Source: Octopus vulgaris (taxonomy: Eukaryota). Taken from it: a stretch of 62,000 nucleotides of DNA. Each line of letters starts with the position of its first letter. Within the stretch, counting starts at the first letter, position 1. Shown piece by piece: positions 27,298-41,316 of this stretch. The notes beneath the pieces were generated by a model. It was not told where the DNA came from. It made no database searches and saw only the letters and a program-made list of their open reading frames with translations. The position numbers and the translations under genes are program-made. The stretch spans positions 169,280,001-169,342,000 of the forward strand of contig OX597814.1 of the NCBI GenBank assembly GCA_951406725.2, written 5' to 3'.

Positions 27298-27375
27298 CCT
27301 AATAATTGTCACATATTATATTACAGATATATAAATATATATATATATATATATATGCACATACACACACACGTA

Positions 27376-27590
27376 CAAGGGGGGGCTGAAAAGTTCTTGC
27401 TTTTGCATAAAAGAAAATACAGGAGGGTTAGTTAATTACGATTTTATCCAACAGATTCTCCTCTCAGATTCACACACTTATTGCAGTGGTCCTTCAGTTT
27501 TTCTAAGCCCTGTTAAAATACTCGGAAGGTTGGGCCTTCAGCCAGGCCTTTCGTGACACCCTTAAAGCCAAGAACTTTTCGGCACCCACA
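27376..27590. mobile_element. Mariner-type MITE
   Basis: Imperfect TIRs caaggggggctgaaaagttcttg / ccaagaacttttcggcaccc; TA at left. Confidence 0.7.
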
Positions 27591-27596
27591 CATATA

Positions 27597-27832
27597 TAGG
27601 GCGACCCAAAAGCAGGTTTACAGTTATCACGTAAGCACTTTAAATTTCTTTCAAAACATTTTATTACATTTAAATTTCTATCTTACAAACTGCAAAGGGA
27701 GCTTGACAAAATAAACTAAATTAGCATAGAATAATGGTTTCATGTTTTTAATATAATTAAGATCTAAACTGTTAATATATGAATGTGAAATAGATAGTCG
27801 AATAACCGTAAACCTACTTTTGGGCCACCCTG
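27597..27832. mobile_element. Tc1/mariner-type MITE
   Basis: TIRs tagggcgacccaaaagcaggtttacagttat / ataaccgtaaacctacttttgggccaccctg; TA flanks. Confidence 0.85.
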
Positions 27833-27946
27833 TATACAAATAGAGGGAAAGGGAAGGATACTTAATACATAGTGTTCATATGTACAAAGACATCTGAATG
27901 ATTGTATTCATGCATGTGTGAAACTGAGTGATGAATGAGAAAATCA

Positions 27947-28013
<67 letters not shown>

Positions 28014-28279
28014 GTAATTTATGGGAGAAAAATTTTTCAGCTCAAACTCCCTGTGTATATTGGTTACTCATTTTTGCAGTCAGTCAATATAAAAGGCAAA
28101 CATCATCATCATCATCATCATCATCATCATACCATTGATTGTTCACCAATGCATCAAGCTATTCCTGAAATAATGAGACATAAAAAAAATCATTAAATTT
28201 AGTATGAACATCCTGTATATATATATTCTGCTACAATAATAGCAATAAGTATGAACAACCTGTATATATATATATATGT

Positions 28280-28673
28280 GGAGGCGCAATGGCCCAGTGG
28301 TTAGGGCAGAGGACTCGCGGTCATAGGATCGCGGTTTCGATTCCCAGACCGGGCGTTGTGAGTGTTTATTGAGCGAAAACACCTAAAGCTTCACGAGGCT
28401 CCGGCAGGGGATGGTGGTGATCCCTGCTGTACTCTTTCACCACAACTTTCTCTCACTCTTACTTCCCGTTTCTGTTGTACCTGAATTTCAAGGGGCCGGC
28501 CTTGTCACTCTCTGTGTCACGGTGAATATCCCCGGGAACTACATTAAGGGTGCACGTGTCTGTGGAGTGCTCAGCCACTTGCACGTTAATTTCACAAGCA
28601 GGCTGTTCCGTTGATTCGGACCAACCGGAACCCTCATCGTCGTAACCGACGGAGTGCTTCCAAAAAAAAAAAA
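28280..28673 (+). mobile_element. tRNA-derived SINE family C, young CpG-rich copy
   Basis: A-box tggcccagtgg, B-box ggtttcgattccc, body and A-tail; related heads at 33260, 32290 (minus), 37650 and 56220. Confidence 0.85.
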
Positions 28674-28686
28674 TATATATATACAC

Positions 28687-28733
<47 letters not shown>

Positions 28734-28778
28734 CTTTATAATTAGGGTTCAGCAAAGATTTGCTTTAATAATACTTTA

Positions 28779-28827
<49 letters not shown>

Positions 28828-29829
28828 ATAATAATATGAGGGAATATTATTCCAAACTTACATATATATTCTACCAAATATATACGTTTTATTTACTATT
28901 TTGCACATTACTTAATCATTGTTATATGTTTTATCTTATATTTAATCTTTCTATTATATGTAATTTTTCTAAATGGCATAATTTAATTTTTCATTATTGA
29001 ATTGATAAAAGGTGCTTTTTCTCAAATTTTTATATATATATATTTGTGTGTCTGTGTTTGTCCCCCTCACCGTCACTTGATAACCGATGTTGGTGTGTTT
29101 ACATCCCAGTAACTTAGTGGTTTGGCAAAAGAGGCTGATAAAATAGGTACTAGGCTTACAAAGGATAAGTCCTGGGGTCGATTTCTTTGGCTAAAGGCAA
29201 TGCTCCAGCATGGCTGCAGTCAGATGGCTGAAATGAATAAATAAAAGAATATATAAAAGTGTCTGTGCAATGCCATGTAAAAGCACCTGTGCTGTGCCAC
29301 ATTAAAGCGCCCATACAGTCCCACATGAAAGCATTCATGTAGTGCCATGTGGAAGCACCCAGCACACTCTGTAAAGTTGTTGGCATTAGGAAGGGCATCA
29401 AGCTGTAGAAACCATATTAAATCAGAATAGAGTTTGGTGCAGCTCCCTAGCTTGCCAGCTCAGGTCAAACCATCTAATCCTTGCCAGCATTGAGAATAGA
29501 CGTTAAATGGTGATGATGTACTGTACTATTTCTTAGACTAGTATCCAGGAACTAAGACAAATATTAGTGAACTTTTGTAGTAACTGGAGAAGCAAAAGCC
29601 TAACAGAAAACTCTTTTAGAGTTTAACAGCAGGGTATATCAATATAAAAATTCTCTCAGATAATGTAACAACGAAAATATTAACAACAACAACAAAAGAA
29701 TAACATGTGAGTCTACAGTCATCACATTTTCTGTTCTGGACAGAGTCATGATTCAAAACTGTGTAATTTGTTTTGAATATAATGTCATAAAACACACAAC
29801 TTCATACTGATCTGGTAATAAACAGATTT

Positions 29830-30245
29830 ATTCTTATTTCTTTATTGCCCACAAGGGGCTAAGCATAGAGGGGACAAACACGGACAGACAAACGGATTTA
29901 GTCGATTATAACAACCCCCAGTGCATAACTGGTACTTAATTTATCGACCCTAAAAGGATGAAAGGCTAAGTCAACCTTGGCGGTATTTGAACTCAGAACG
30001 TAATGGCAAGTGAAATACCTATTTCTTTACTACCCACAAGGGGCTAAACACAGAGGGGACAAACAAGGACAGACAAACTGATTAAGTCGATTATATCGAC
30101 CCCCAGGGCATAACTGGTACTTGATTTATCGACCCCAAAAGGATGAAAGGCAAGGTCAACCTCAGCGGAATTTGAACTCAGAACGTAATGGCAGGCGAAA
30201 TACTGCTAAGCATTTCATGCAGGGTGCTAACATTTCTGCCAGCTC
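29830..30245 (-). mobile_element. SINE family B, tandem double copy
   Basis: Two successive tail-body units (29830-30015 and 30020-30245). Confidence 0.8.
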
Positions 30246-30825
30246 ACAGATTTATTCTTGTCAGGCAGATACATTAGGAAATGCATTATCCATTTTTGTG
30301 GCAACAGATGCAGCACTATTGACGACATGCGTTGTGTGACATGCCATCATCTTTCTTATGTTTCTCTAACTACTGTGAAAGTCCATTGACGATTGCTCAC
30401 TGTCTCCAAATCCCTGAAATTCTGTATGAAACTAATGTCATGAAATTGAACGGTATTAAGTTTATAAATACCCATTACCTGAGAGAAATATATCTCATGG
30501 TACAATTAAATAAAGGATACAGTTGACCAATGAGAAGCTATTCAATTGAATCTCATTTGTACCATCATTGAGAAGAAACTGACATTAAGCTTCAAACTGC
30601 TGCTGATGAGTGAGGATGGTATTTCACAAGAGCATACTTCATTTTCTCTAACTTAATCGGATAATCATTTAAGATAGACACTGAAATTACAAGCACAATG
30701 TTAAGTGTACATTACACCTATGGATCAATGGATACCCTTTTGAAACTAACATGTGTATTTGAAATAGCTGGAGAACTTTCACAAAGAAAACCTCTGTACT
30801 TTCTTCTCCTCATTAATTAGTATAA

Positions 30826-31195
30826 TCTCTCTCTATATAAAGCTGAAGTTGTCTGAGTATGGCAGGTTTGGTAGCCTTCAACTAACACTATCTCCTCTGA
30901 GGCTCTGCGGCGCAAGTTGACCAAAATTGAGAGTATGATAGAAGAAGGCTTGCTCTTCCTTCCGTAGAAGAAAAAAATTCAAATCGGGCCATGTTAACAC
31001 CAAAAATTATTTACATTGAAAAGGTGCTTTTTACGATGTTTTGACTGCTGTGTTGCCATTTTTCGGTGTATTTCAACCAGAAAAATGTTCACTTAAAGAG
31101 AATAACAAGCTACATAATGCAAAATTTTTACTTTTTAAAAATTCCAATTCGAAAGGGTTGAAACAAACCCGAGCAACGCCGGGCGATACTGCTAG
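30826..31195 (+). mobile_element. Non-autonomous Helitron (370 bp)
   Basis: 5' A|TC start, 3' hairpin cccgagcaacgccggg about 10 nt before CTAG|T, no TSD. Confidence 0.85.
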
Positions 31196-32581
31196 TAATT
31201 TGATAAACTTTGAAGTTATTCTCAAGAAAGGTCCAATTAAAAAAGTTACCTCTTTCCATAACCACAGCCAGATTAAGACCTATAGAGGCTCTAAGCACTT
31301 AAAAGATTTTGGTGTGCCCATACATATGTAATTCAAAATATAAACAATAATAAACCATAAATTTTTATTTTCTCAAAATGAAACAAAAGTAACAATAAGA
31401 TGGAAAATGATGTTTATTTTTGTTCACTTCCACTTTATTTATATTTGAAAAGTTTTCTCCTAACTTTTTTCTTTTTAATTTGCAAAGTCTTTGATTAGAT
31501 CCTCACTATGATGCCATGACCACTTTGGAATTATATTTCCAATCATATAAACCACTTTGAATGCTGTTGCATCAACCTTTTACTTCTTTTTATATCCCTT
31601 ATATTTTTTTGTGCATAACTATTGGTTTATTTTTATGAAATAGATATTGCAAGTAGCAATTATTGTCTTATTACAATCTCCTATTTTTGAATGACTATTT
31701 CGCTTATCATTTATATCTCATCTATTTTCATACAAGCAATTTTTCTTTAAAGATTGTATTTGCAATCAGCCCTAAGCTTGTCTCTGAAAGGGAGCTCAGT
31801 GATGACATGCAACAAATGGTTAACAAATTATGTTTAACTTGCAACTGACTAGGAGTTATTAATATAGCAGTGGCCATGATATTTGAGACAGCGGTCAAGA
31901 AAAAAAAGGCAAAATCAAGGTAAGTCCCCGTCAAGAAAATAGGTCTTTGTAAAGAAATGACAGCTGATAAGTCAGATAAAGATAGGAATATCAGTATGTC
32001 GATGGCAATTAGAAAAATTAGGGAGTTAGCAGATAAGTTAAAAATAATTTTTTATTATTTATGCACCCTTTTCAAGCCTAGTCAGGCTCATGGGCCCAGT
32101 TTTCTGGTTTCTATGGCATATGTGCTCCCCCCAGCTCGAAGGGACACCAGTCCATCGTAGTGTTACTCAAAAAAAACAGGAAGAAAGAGTAAAAGAATGT
32201 TGGGGTGAAAGAGTACAACAGGGGTCGCCACCACCCCCTGCCAGAGCCTTGTGGAGCTTTAGGTGTTTTCGCTCAATAAACACACACAATGCCTGGCCTA
32301 GGAATCAAAACTACGATCCTCAGACTGCGAGTCCACTGCCCTAACCACTGGGCCATTGTGTCTCCACAATTACTGAAAAATTAGGTGTTGAAATGAAAGT
32401 AGAAGAAATCCTAAATCAAAGGCTTGAAAGGGAAAATATATGAGAATAATTGGCAGCAGCATGGCTATGAGGCTATCTCTTCTTAACTATGTGGTTTTAG
32501 ATTCAATCTCATTGCATGGCACCTTGGCCAAGTATCTTCTAACATAACCCTGGCTGACCAAATATATATATATATATATAT

Positions 32582-32626
<45 letters not shown>

Positions 32627-33489
32627 TATACACATCTCTCTCACTCTCTCTCTGAACATCAAATCATTGTTGGAAAGAAGTTTTACTTCTCTCAGAGCAG
32701 GCTATTATGTTCTTCATCAGTTAACCAATTATTGTTTTGTTGTCCAAGCCCTGGTTGTCTCATAGTCCAATCAGACCTCAGAATTAGTCTTTGGTTTGAG
32801 ATCCAAACTCTCAGTTGGTCCTAATGACATTTAGGACCAACAGGCTGTGCTATATTCTGATCACACACAATATAGGACTTAAGACTGCAGCCACAGTTCA
32901 CAATAGCTGGCATAATTCAGTCACAAAATTCCGAGTCAAAACTGAAGATCTGAGCCTGAAATAATCCTTATTTCAGGTTCTGGACTCAGTAAAATATATC
33001 CACTGAATGTTTTTTCAGTTTGCTGCCACATTCACATCAATCTTATAGCAAGATGCTTGATGCAAATTGTAGAATTTTAGCCAGACCTCTTTTAGTTATA
33101 AATGAGCCTTGAATCTCAAGCAAAGGCTGAAACCAGGTTTAAATACCAAACTTTTGTCCATAACTTTTTACAGTTGGTTACCAGTTTGCCCTATTATTTC
33201 CTTTTTGTATTTGTATTTCATTTTGTAACTCTCATGTTCTTAATTGTTCTTAACATTGTGGAGGCACAATGGCCCGATGGTTAGAGCAGCGGACTCGCCG
33301 TCAGAGGATTGCGGTTTCGATTCCCAGACCGGGCGTTGTGTGTGTTTATTGAACGGAAACACCTAAAGCACCTTCTTCTTTTGTCACAGTTCAAGCGTTC
33401 TTTCTTGATGAATAACTGGAATTTCATGAATTCTTTTCACTGGAATCAGTTTGTACCCATGATCTAAAAACTGGGAATTGCTACTCTTT

Positions 33490-33895
33490 TTCTCTTTTAC
33501 TTGTTTCAGTCATTTGACTGTGGCCATGCTGGAGCACCGCCTTTAGTTGAGCAAATCGACCCCAGGACTTATTCTTTGTAAGCCTAGTACTTATTCTATC
33601 GGTCTCTTTTACCGAACCGCTAAGTGATGGGGACATAAACACACCAGCATCGGTTGTTAAGCAATGCTAGGGGGACAAACACAGACACACAAACATACAT
33701 ACACACACACACACACATATATATACATATATACGATGGACTTCTTTCAGTTTCCGTCTATCAAATCCACTCACAAGGCTTTGGTCAGCCCAAGGTTATA
33801 GTAGAAGACACTTGCCCAAGATGCCATGCAGTGGGACTGAACCCAGAGCCATGTGGTTGGTAAGCAGACTACTTACCACACAGCCACTCCTGCAC
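33490..33895 (-). mobile_element. SINE family A, near full length
   Basis: Same organisation as the other family A copies. Confidence 0.85.
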
Positions 33896-36260
33896 CTGTT
33901 GCATATTTCTAACTATTCAAAAGGCACAGATATGGATACAAAAGCTGTTCTAGTATCACATTTAAATCCAGTTAACTCTCCATTCACTTTCAATTGAATT
34001 TTAATAGACTTGTCTTTAATTTCATTTGCTGTTTGTAATGTAATATTTCTCAAAACTGGATGTTTTATCAGTCATCTTTTACTTACTTCAGTCATTGGAT
34101 TGCAGTCATACTGGGATCCACCTTGATGGGTTTAGTTGAATAAATCATTTCCATTCTGTATATTTAAGGTGAGAGGCACAAGCACTTACACTGCCTGACT
34201 GGCCCTCGTGCCAGTGGCATGTAAAAGCACCCACTACACTCTTGGAGTGGTTGGCGTTAGGAAGGGCATCCAGCTGTAGAAACTGTGCCAGATCAGATTG
34301 GAGTCTGGTGCAGCCATCTGGTTCACCAGACCTCAGTCAAATCGTCCAACATTTCAACATCATGGAAAACGGACGTTAAACGATGATGATGATGCTGATG
34401 ATGATGTACACCCATGATGGAAACTTCTGCCTACCAAATCCAATCACAAGGTTTCAGTCAGCCCAAAACTATAGCAGAAGACACTTGCCTAAGTGGGACT
34501 GAACCCCAAACCATGTGGCTGGGAAGCAAGCTTCCTAAACACACAGCCATACCCATACCAGCATAGAAAATGAACATTAAATGACGATGATGATGATTTT
34601 TAAGTTTGGTATTTATCCTATCATAATCTTTTGCTGAACTGCTAAGTTACTGGTACATAACCAACAATGTGATGGGGGTGGGGGTGGAAACAAACTCAAA
34701 GCCACACACACACATTTTTATGAAGAGCTTCCATCTACCAAGTTCACTCACAAAGCATTGGTCAGCCCAAGACTAAAGCAGAAGACACATGCTCAAGGTT
34801 CCATAATGGAGGACTTAAATTCAAAACTACAAGTTTGCAAAGTGAGCTTCTTAACCATGCAGCCATACCTGCACCTGTTTGCTTAATTTTTCTTTTCAAA
34901 TTCTATTTATTATTTTTCTGTTATTATTCATCCTTATTTTGATTTAATCTGAATCAGAATTCTTTCAAAAATGATCTTTCTTATGGCTACAATTACATTC
35001 TACACATTTTCCCCCTTGTTCAATATTTCATTCTTCCTCTATTCTCATGGCCAAAATTTTCAGACTCAGGCTTTCCTTTTAATAAATTTGAAGAACTTTC
35101 AATAGCTGTATTTATTGGTATTAGAATTTTCAATGTTTTTCTAGTGTAGAGTCTTGTTTCTCTCAAAATTATTTACCACACATTTTTCGTATATGTGTCC
35201 ATAATCAATCTGTCTCTTACAGAATTTGTAAAGTCTACCAATTTCTGAATTTTATTTTTCTGCAACAAATTGGTACTACTCATTCCACTCATTTGATAGA
35301 AACTGAAACAAATTTTATATTTCAACATCACAAGAATTCTCTTCCTCAAAATGTGTTACCAATTTTTGTATGACTTCGAAAAATTTACATTTTGCATCAT
35401 CAAAGCATTAGCCAATTTAAACGTTTTTACCACCAGTTCCAGTGATAAAATATTTCAATTTTACATCTTCATTGGTAAATCTGTTTTTAGATCAAAATAA
35501 GTCTCCATTCTGATCACAAAAATCTTTTTATTTCAGAATGTTGGAAACTTTTTTTTTTTCTATGAAATAACCTGAACTTATCTAGATATTTCTTCAGCCA
35601 ATCTAATATCATAATTTCATAATTTTTAAACAAATGACCTCAAAAAAAAATATATTCTTCTAAAAATTAAGAATTTATCACCATTTTTTTTTCCGTTTTG
35701 CAAAACCTGTTGCTAATTTTTGTGGAAAAGTTTTCATATCTACCTTTTTTTTCTCAAAGTCTTCAGTGCTACATTTTTCAGGCTAACTTCATCTTGTTCC
35801 CACTTTTTTGTTGTGTTTATTTCTTAGTTACAGTACAATCTGCAAGTATAATAAAAGCAAATTCTACAATTATTGACAGGAATATATAATAAAAAATTGT
35901 TTTCAAATCTTGCCACAAGGGAGAGGATAAATCGATTACATCGACTCCAGTGTTTCACTGGTACTTAATTTATTAGGATATAATAATGAAAATAAAGCAA
36001 TGAACCTCAGTAATTAGTTGATATCATTGTACAACATTTCGGCTAAAGAGTGTAACCCTTTGCCAAAATAATCATGTTTTATTATATCTAAGATCACAGG
36101 TTTTTGGTATAGCTGTGTACCAAAAAGTTTGCTTGCCAAATGCATGGTCTCAGGTTCAGTTATACTGTGTGGCAACTTGGGCAAGTGTCTTCTAATATAG
36201 CATCCAGGTAACCAAGGCTTTGTGAGTGGATTTGATAGATGGAAACTGAAAGCCTGTCCA

Positions 36261-36313
<53 letters not shown>

Positions 36314-37597
36314 TGTGCGTGTGTGTGTGTATGTGAATGTGTGCATGTGTGTGTGTATGTGAATGTGTGCGTGTGTGTGTATGTGAATGTGTGCATGTGT
36401 GTGTGTGTATGTGTGTGAGTGCGTTACTGTCTGCTTGTTGTCATGTGATGTCATGCAAGCGCATGTCCTTCATCCTCAATCTTCTATGGCAACACATCTG
36501 GTCATGGGGAATATTACCTTACTTGGAAACAGGTGAGGGTTGGCAACAGGAAGAGCATCCAGCTATAGAAAATCTTCCTCATCAAATTCTGTCTGACCCA
36601 TGACAGTATGGAAACATAGAAGTTAAACTATGATGATATATGAGTATATTTTTCCATTCACCCTGCTCAATTTATGTACCAACCCACAAGTGACATCAAC
36701 TATTGCTACATATTGTAGGGCTAAACAAATAGCTGTCTTTAGTTGAACTGTGACTGAGGAGATGAATAATCTCTGAAACATCTCAATGTTATGTAAATTA
36801 ACTTGTGATAAGTATCCTATAGCTCCTATTTGTGATATATTTGTAGTCTATTCTTCCTGTTATTTTTAAATTCACACACACATATTCGAATTAAATACAA
36901 CAGTAAAGTCACAATAAAGTATGTGAGAATTGTGTATATATATATTACACACTTTGCTATATTAGTACAAAATGTATACATGTATGTGTGAATGATTTTG
37001 TTTTACCTCTCATCTTCACATGTGTATGGTGACTGTAAACAAAAGCCTTACCAGTCAAGACCAATGGTGTTCGTCTGCAGTCTACTGCAAAAGCATATGC
37101 AGGCTACATGTCATGTCATGACAGGTTGCAAGCTGAATATCCACAAAAGCCTCACCATTCATGCAAACAATCTCATTTGTTTACAGTCTTCCAGGAAAGG
37201 ATGTCTGGACTGTTTGTTGTTCAATAAACTGTGGTATTTATTGTCTTGCATAGAAACAGATGCGAGATATCAGAAATGATATCTGGTCATAGAAAGCTTA
37301 CCTCAAGTAATCTCAATTGATCAATCCAAACATGGAAAACTAGACTTTAAAGCAGTGTTTCTCAAATGGTTCCTACAGGTTCCGTAAGAAAGAGTGAGAT
37401 AAGCTAATGCTAATTTCATGATTGTAATATTACTATACATGCACAACATATTATTGGTTATTGTAATATTCTTTTCTGCTCTAGGCACAAGGCCCAAAAT
37501 TTTGGGGGAGAGGGGCAGTCGATTAAATTGACTCCAGTACTGGTACTTAATTTATTAACCCCGAGAGGATTTATGGACACCCTATATATGCATATAC

Positions 37598-37652
<55 letters not shown>

Positions 37653-38079
37653 GCTCAGTGGTTAGAGCATCGAACTTATGATCATGAGGTTGTGAGCTCG
37701 AATCCCGGACCAGGCTGCATGTTGTGTTCTTGAGCAAGACACTTTATTTCACGTCGCTCCAGTTCACTCAGCTGTAGAAATGAGTTGCGATGTCAGAGGT
37801 GCCAAGCTGTATCGGCCGTTGCCTTTTCCTTGGATAACACTGGTGGCGTGGGGGAGGGGGGGGCTGGTATGCATGAGCGACTGCTGGTCTTCCCTAAATA
37901 ACTTTGCCTGGGAGGGTAACCTTCTAGGTGCAATCCCATGGTCTGTGTCATGACCGAAGGGGTCTCAGAATATATATATATGTATATATGTGCAGGAGAA
38001 CAGAGGAGAGAGCGGGAAAATAGCAGTGGTGAGCATGGATATGTTGTAGGGGAGAGAGGGGTCATGGACATGGATTTTA

Positions 38080-38420
38080 CTTTTGCTGGGCAAGTCTTCT
38101 CCAGCACAACATATCTTCAGTTGTCTCAATCCCTTTCACCTCCTCCGTGAGACTCAGCATATGAAGATCATTTCTCACCACTTCATCCCATGTCCTCCTA
38201 TGTCTACTTCTTCTGCAGGTTCCTTCCACATTTAGAGATTGGCACTTATTTATGAAGCTTCTTATATTCAACTTAAACCATTTACACTTGTACATGTACA
38301 CTGACTTTGCACATCTAGCAACGCATGCTGGTTTCTTTTATTTCAAGCCTTCACATGTCCTTTGCAGCCACAGCCCCTGTTTTGCTGCCATGTAGCACAG
38401 CTGTCCGTACACAGGTATCA
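38080..38420 (-). mobile_element. RTE LINE C-terminal fragment
   Basis: KCQSLNVEGTCRRSRHRRTWDEVVRNDL matches the end of the 50.3-51.3 kb RTE ORF. Confidence 0.75.
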
Positions 38421-38655
38421 TACAATCACGAGCTGGCAGAAATGTTAGCATGCTGGGCAAAATGCTTAGCAGTATTTTGTCTGCTGCGTTCTGAGTTCAA
38501 ATTCCGCCGAGGTCGACTTTGCCTTTCATCCTTTCAGGGTCGATAAATTAAGTACTGGTTACGCACTGGGGACGATATAATCGACTTAATCCGTTTGTCT
38601 GTCCTTGTTTGTCCTCTCTGTGTTTAGCCCCTTTTGGGTAGTAAAGAAATAGGTA
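38420..38655 (+). mobile_element. SINE family B, full length
   Basis: Head gagctggcagaaatgttagca, central domain, tail gtttagccccttttgggtagtaaagaaatagg. Confidence 0.85.
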
Positions 38656-40139
38656 TCATACAATCATCTACCTTTCACCCTGAGGGAGAGCCCCTTTGTC
38701 ACCAACAAAGGTAATAGCTCTCTGAACTTTGCTCAGCTGACTGCATTTTCCCCCCACCACTGCTTCACAGCTGGCGTTAGTTTGTTAGTTTGTTTACATC
38801 CCCATACATCCTGTACACATACAACATGCTTCCATCTAGTTTCCACCATCCAGATTCACTCACAAGGCATTGGTTGGCCCGAAGCTATACTAGAAGACAT
38901 TTGCCCCAGCTACCATACACAGGGATTGAACCCAAGACTACATAGTTGAAAAGAGGGTTTCTTAACCATACAGCCTTTTTTTTTCCAATGGTTCTTCTAT
39001 ATATTGAAACCTTTCTTTTTCATACATCTTACGACATAATAAAACCATTCTTATTTGTTATTTAACATTACACCACAAATGTGAACAAGTGTTAAAACCT
39101 ATTGTATGTTCAGTGACTGCCTGCTTTGTCATTATACGTATATCAATAAATATGATTTTATTTTTCTGAACACTCTCTCCTGCAAAGTGTAAACCACATA
39201 TTTCCTGTTTGTTGCTCACTAATGTAATTCCTCTCTCTTCATAAAAATATTTTTCTGTTTGCTTTTTATTATTTTGTTTTATTTGTTATTTGTAAATACA
39301 TTTTTTTCTTTTTCTTTTCCTTTCATTTTTTTTTCTTTTTGTTTGTTTGTTTGGGTGTGTAGAATTTTAACTTTGTCCTTTTAACATTCATTGAGAAGTT
39401 GTGTATATTTATTGAGAGAGGGGTTGAGAAGGTTTTGAAGCGTTAATGGATTCAGGACTGTTATCGCTTAACACTAAACATAAAGAACTAGATATGATAA
39501 ATCATGTTATGTGTGTGTATGTGTGTATTTGTCTATATATCTGTAGGTACACACACACACACATAATGTATGTGTACCTACAGATATATAGGTAATGTGT
39601 GTGTGTATGTGCAGGAGTACTTGTTTCAATCATTGGACTGCAGCCATACAGGGGTACTGTCTTGAAGGGTCTTTGTTGATCAAATTGACCCTAGTGCTTA
39701 TGTCATTTTTAAAAAAAAATCTTATCCTTATTCTTTTGGTTGCTTTTGCTGAACCACCAAGTTATGGGGAAGTAAACAAACCAACACACCTGTTGTCTGT
39801 TAGGTGCGTATGTGTGTGCATTAAACAAAGATACAAAGACACACACTCGTGCACACATGCTGGTGCTACATAAATGTATCCATGCCAGTAACATGTAAGA
39901 AGCATCCAGCAGACTCTATTAAGTGGTTGACATTAGAAAGGGCATCCAGCTGTAGAAACCATACCACAACAGATGGTTCCCTGCTAGCCAGCTCCATATC
40001 AAATCATCCAGTTTATGTCAGCGTGGAAAGAGGACTTTAAACGATGATGATGATACACACACACACACACACATACACACACACAAAATGAGCTTTCACA
40101 CAATTTCTATTAAATAAATTCACTCACAGAGCATTCGTT

Positions 40140-41005
40140 GAGATCATCATCATCATCTTTTAACGTCTGCTTTCCATGCTAGCATGGGTTGGATGATTTT
40201 GACGGAGGGATGGCGAACCAGATGGCTGCACCAGGCTCCAATCTTGATCTGGCAGAGTTTCTACAGCTGGATGCCCTTCCTAACGCCAACCACTCTGAGA
40301 GTGTAGTGGGTGCTTTTTACGTGCCACCAGAACAGGGCCAGTCAGGTGGTACTGGCAATGACCTCGCTCAAATCTTTTTGCACATGCCACCAGCACAGGT
40401 GCCAGTAAGGCAATGCTGGTAACGATCACGCTCGAATGGTGCCTTTTATGTGCCACCGGCATGGAAGCCAATTAGCCGCTCTGGCAACGATCACGTTCAG
40501 ATGGTGCTCTTGGCACCCTACTAGCATGGGCACAAGTGCCAGTAAGGTGACGCTGGTAACAATCACACTTGAATGGTGCCTTTTATGTGCCACTGGCATG
40601 GAAGCCGGTTAGCTGCTCTGTCAATGATCACACTTGTATGGTGCTCTTTGCACCCAGCTAGCACGGATGCCAGTCATCGAATTTAATTTTGATTTTGATT
40701 TCACTTGCCTCAACAGGTCTTCACAAGTAGAGTTTAGTATCCAAAGAAGGAAAAGGTACGCATAAGTGGGCTGGTTACGCTCCTAGCATAGGCTACGAGG
40801 TTATGGTCTCATTTGGCTTACCAGGTCTTCTCAAGCACAGCATATTTCCAAAAGTCTCAGTCACTAGTCATTTCCTTGGTGAGGCCTAAAGTTCGAAGGT
40901 TGTGCTTCACCACCTCAACCCAGGTCTTCCTGGGTCTATCTCTTCCAGAGGTTCCCTCAACCACTAGGGTGTGGCACTTTTTCGCACAGCTATCCTCATC
41001 CATTC
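40140..41005 (-). mobile_element. RTE LINE 3' end with subrepeated 3'UTR
   Basis: ARMDEDSCAKKCHTLVVEGTSGRDRPRKTWVEVVKHNLRTLGL, followed by a UTR with gtgcca..ctggcaacgatcac subrepeats and a (GAT)n tail. Confidence 0.85.
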
Positions 41006-41316
41006 TTGCCACATATATATATATAGGTGCAGTCGTGGCTGTGTGGTAAGAAGCTTGCTTCCCAATCACATGGTTTCGTAGATTTTTCAGTTGGAAACTG
41101 AATGAAGCCCGTCGTATGTATATATATATATATATATTAATAATAAGGACACATTGAAGTGTCTATCCACTAGAAATAAGAGTCAAAACCATTATTTGAA
41201 CCATCAAACAAAATTTACACTGAAAGCAACAGATTCAATAGTATACTAGCAGATTGAAAATAATCTCTCACATACCAATATAGCATAACGCTATATATTT
41301 AATGGTATAGGTATAC

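Larger units (their letters stand above)
25639..27329. mobile_element. ~1.7-kb diverged foldback element with (CA/TA)-rich inner arms
   Basis: 25639-~26305 is an inverted homologue of ~26641-27329 (e.g. tatctgtaatataatatgtgacaattatt / aataattgtcacatattatattacagata); TA runs nearby on both sides. Confidence 0.85.

Noticed and set aside
28280-28352. tRNA-like sequence with A and B boxes
   Set aside because: Continues into a SINE body and A-tail, lacks a proper cloverleaf end, and has multiple diverged copies.
30404-30481. Possible minus-strand exon VMGIYKLNTVQFHDISFIQNFRDLET
   Set aside because: The same CAG|GTAATG site could be an acceptor or a donor, there is no homology, and similar short candidates (2196-2209, 11432-11470, 15914-15930, 24143-24233) arise readily by chance in 62 kb.
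31210-32050. Possible hAT MITE and transposase remnant
   Set aside because: Only a weak terminal resemblance; no convincing hAT motif in any frame.
35000-35560. Protein-looking minus-strand translation
   Set aside because: Stop codon density is about what random AT-rich sequence gives; no motif recognised.
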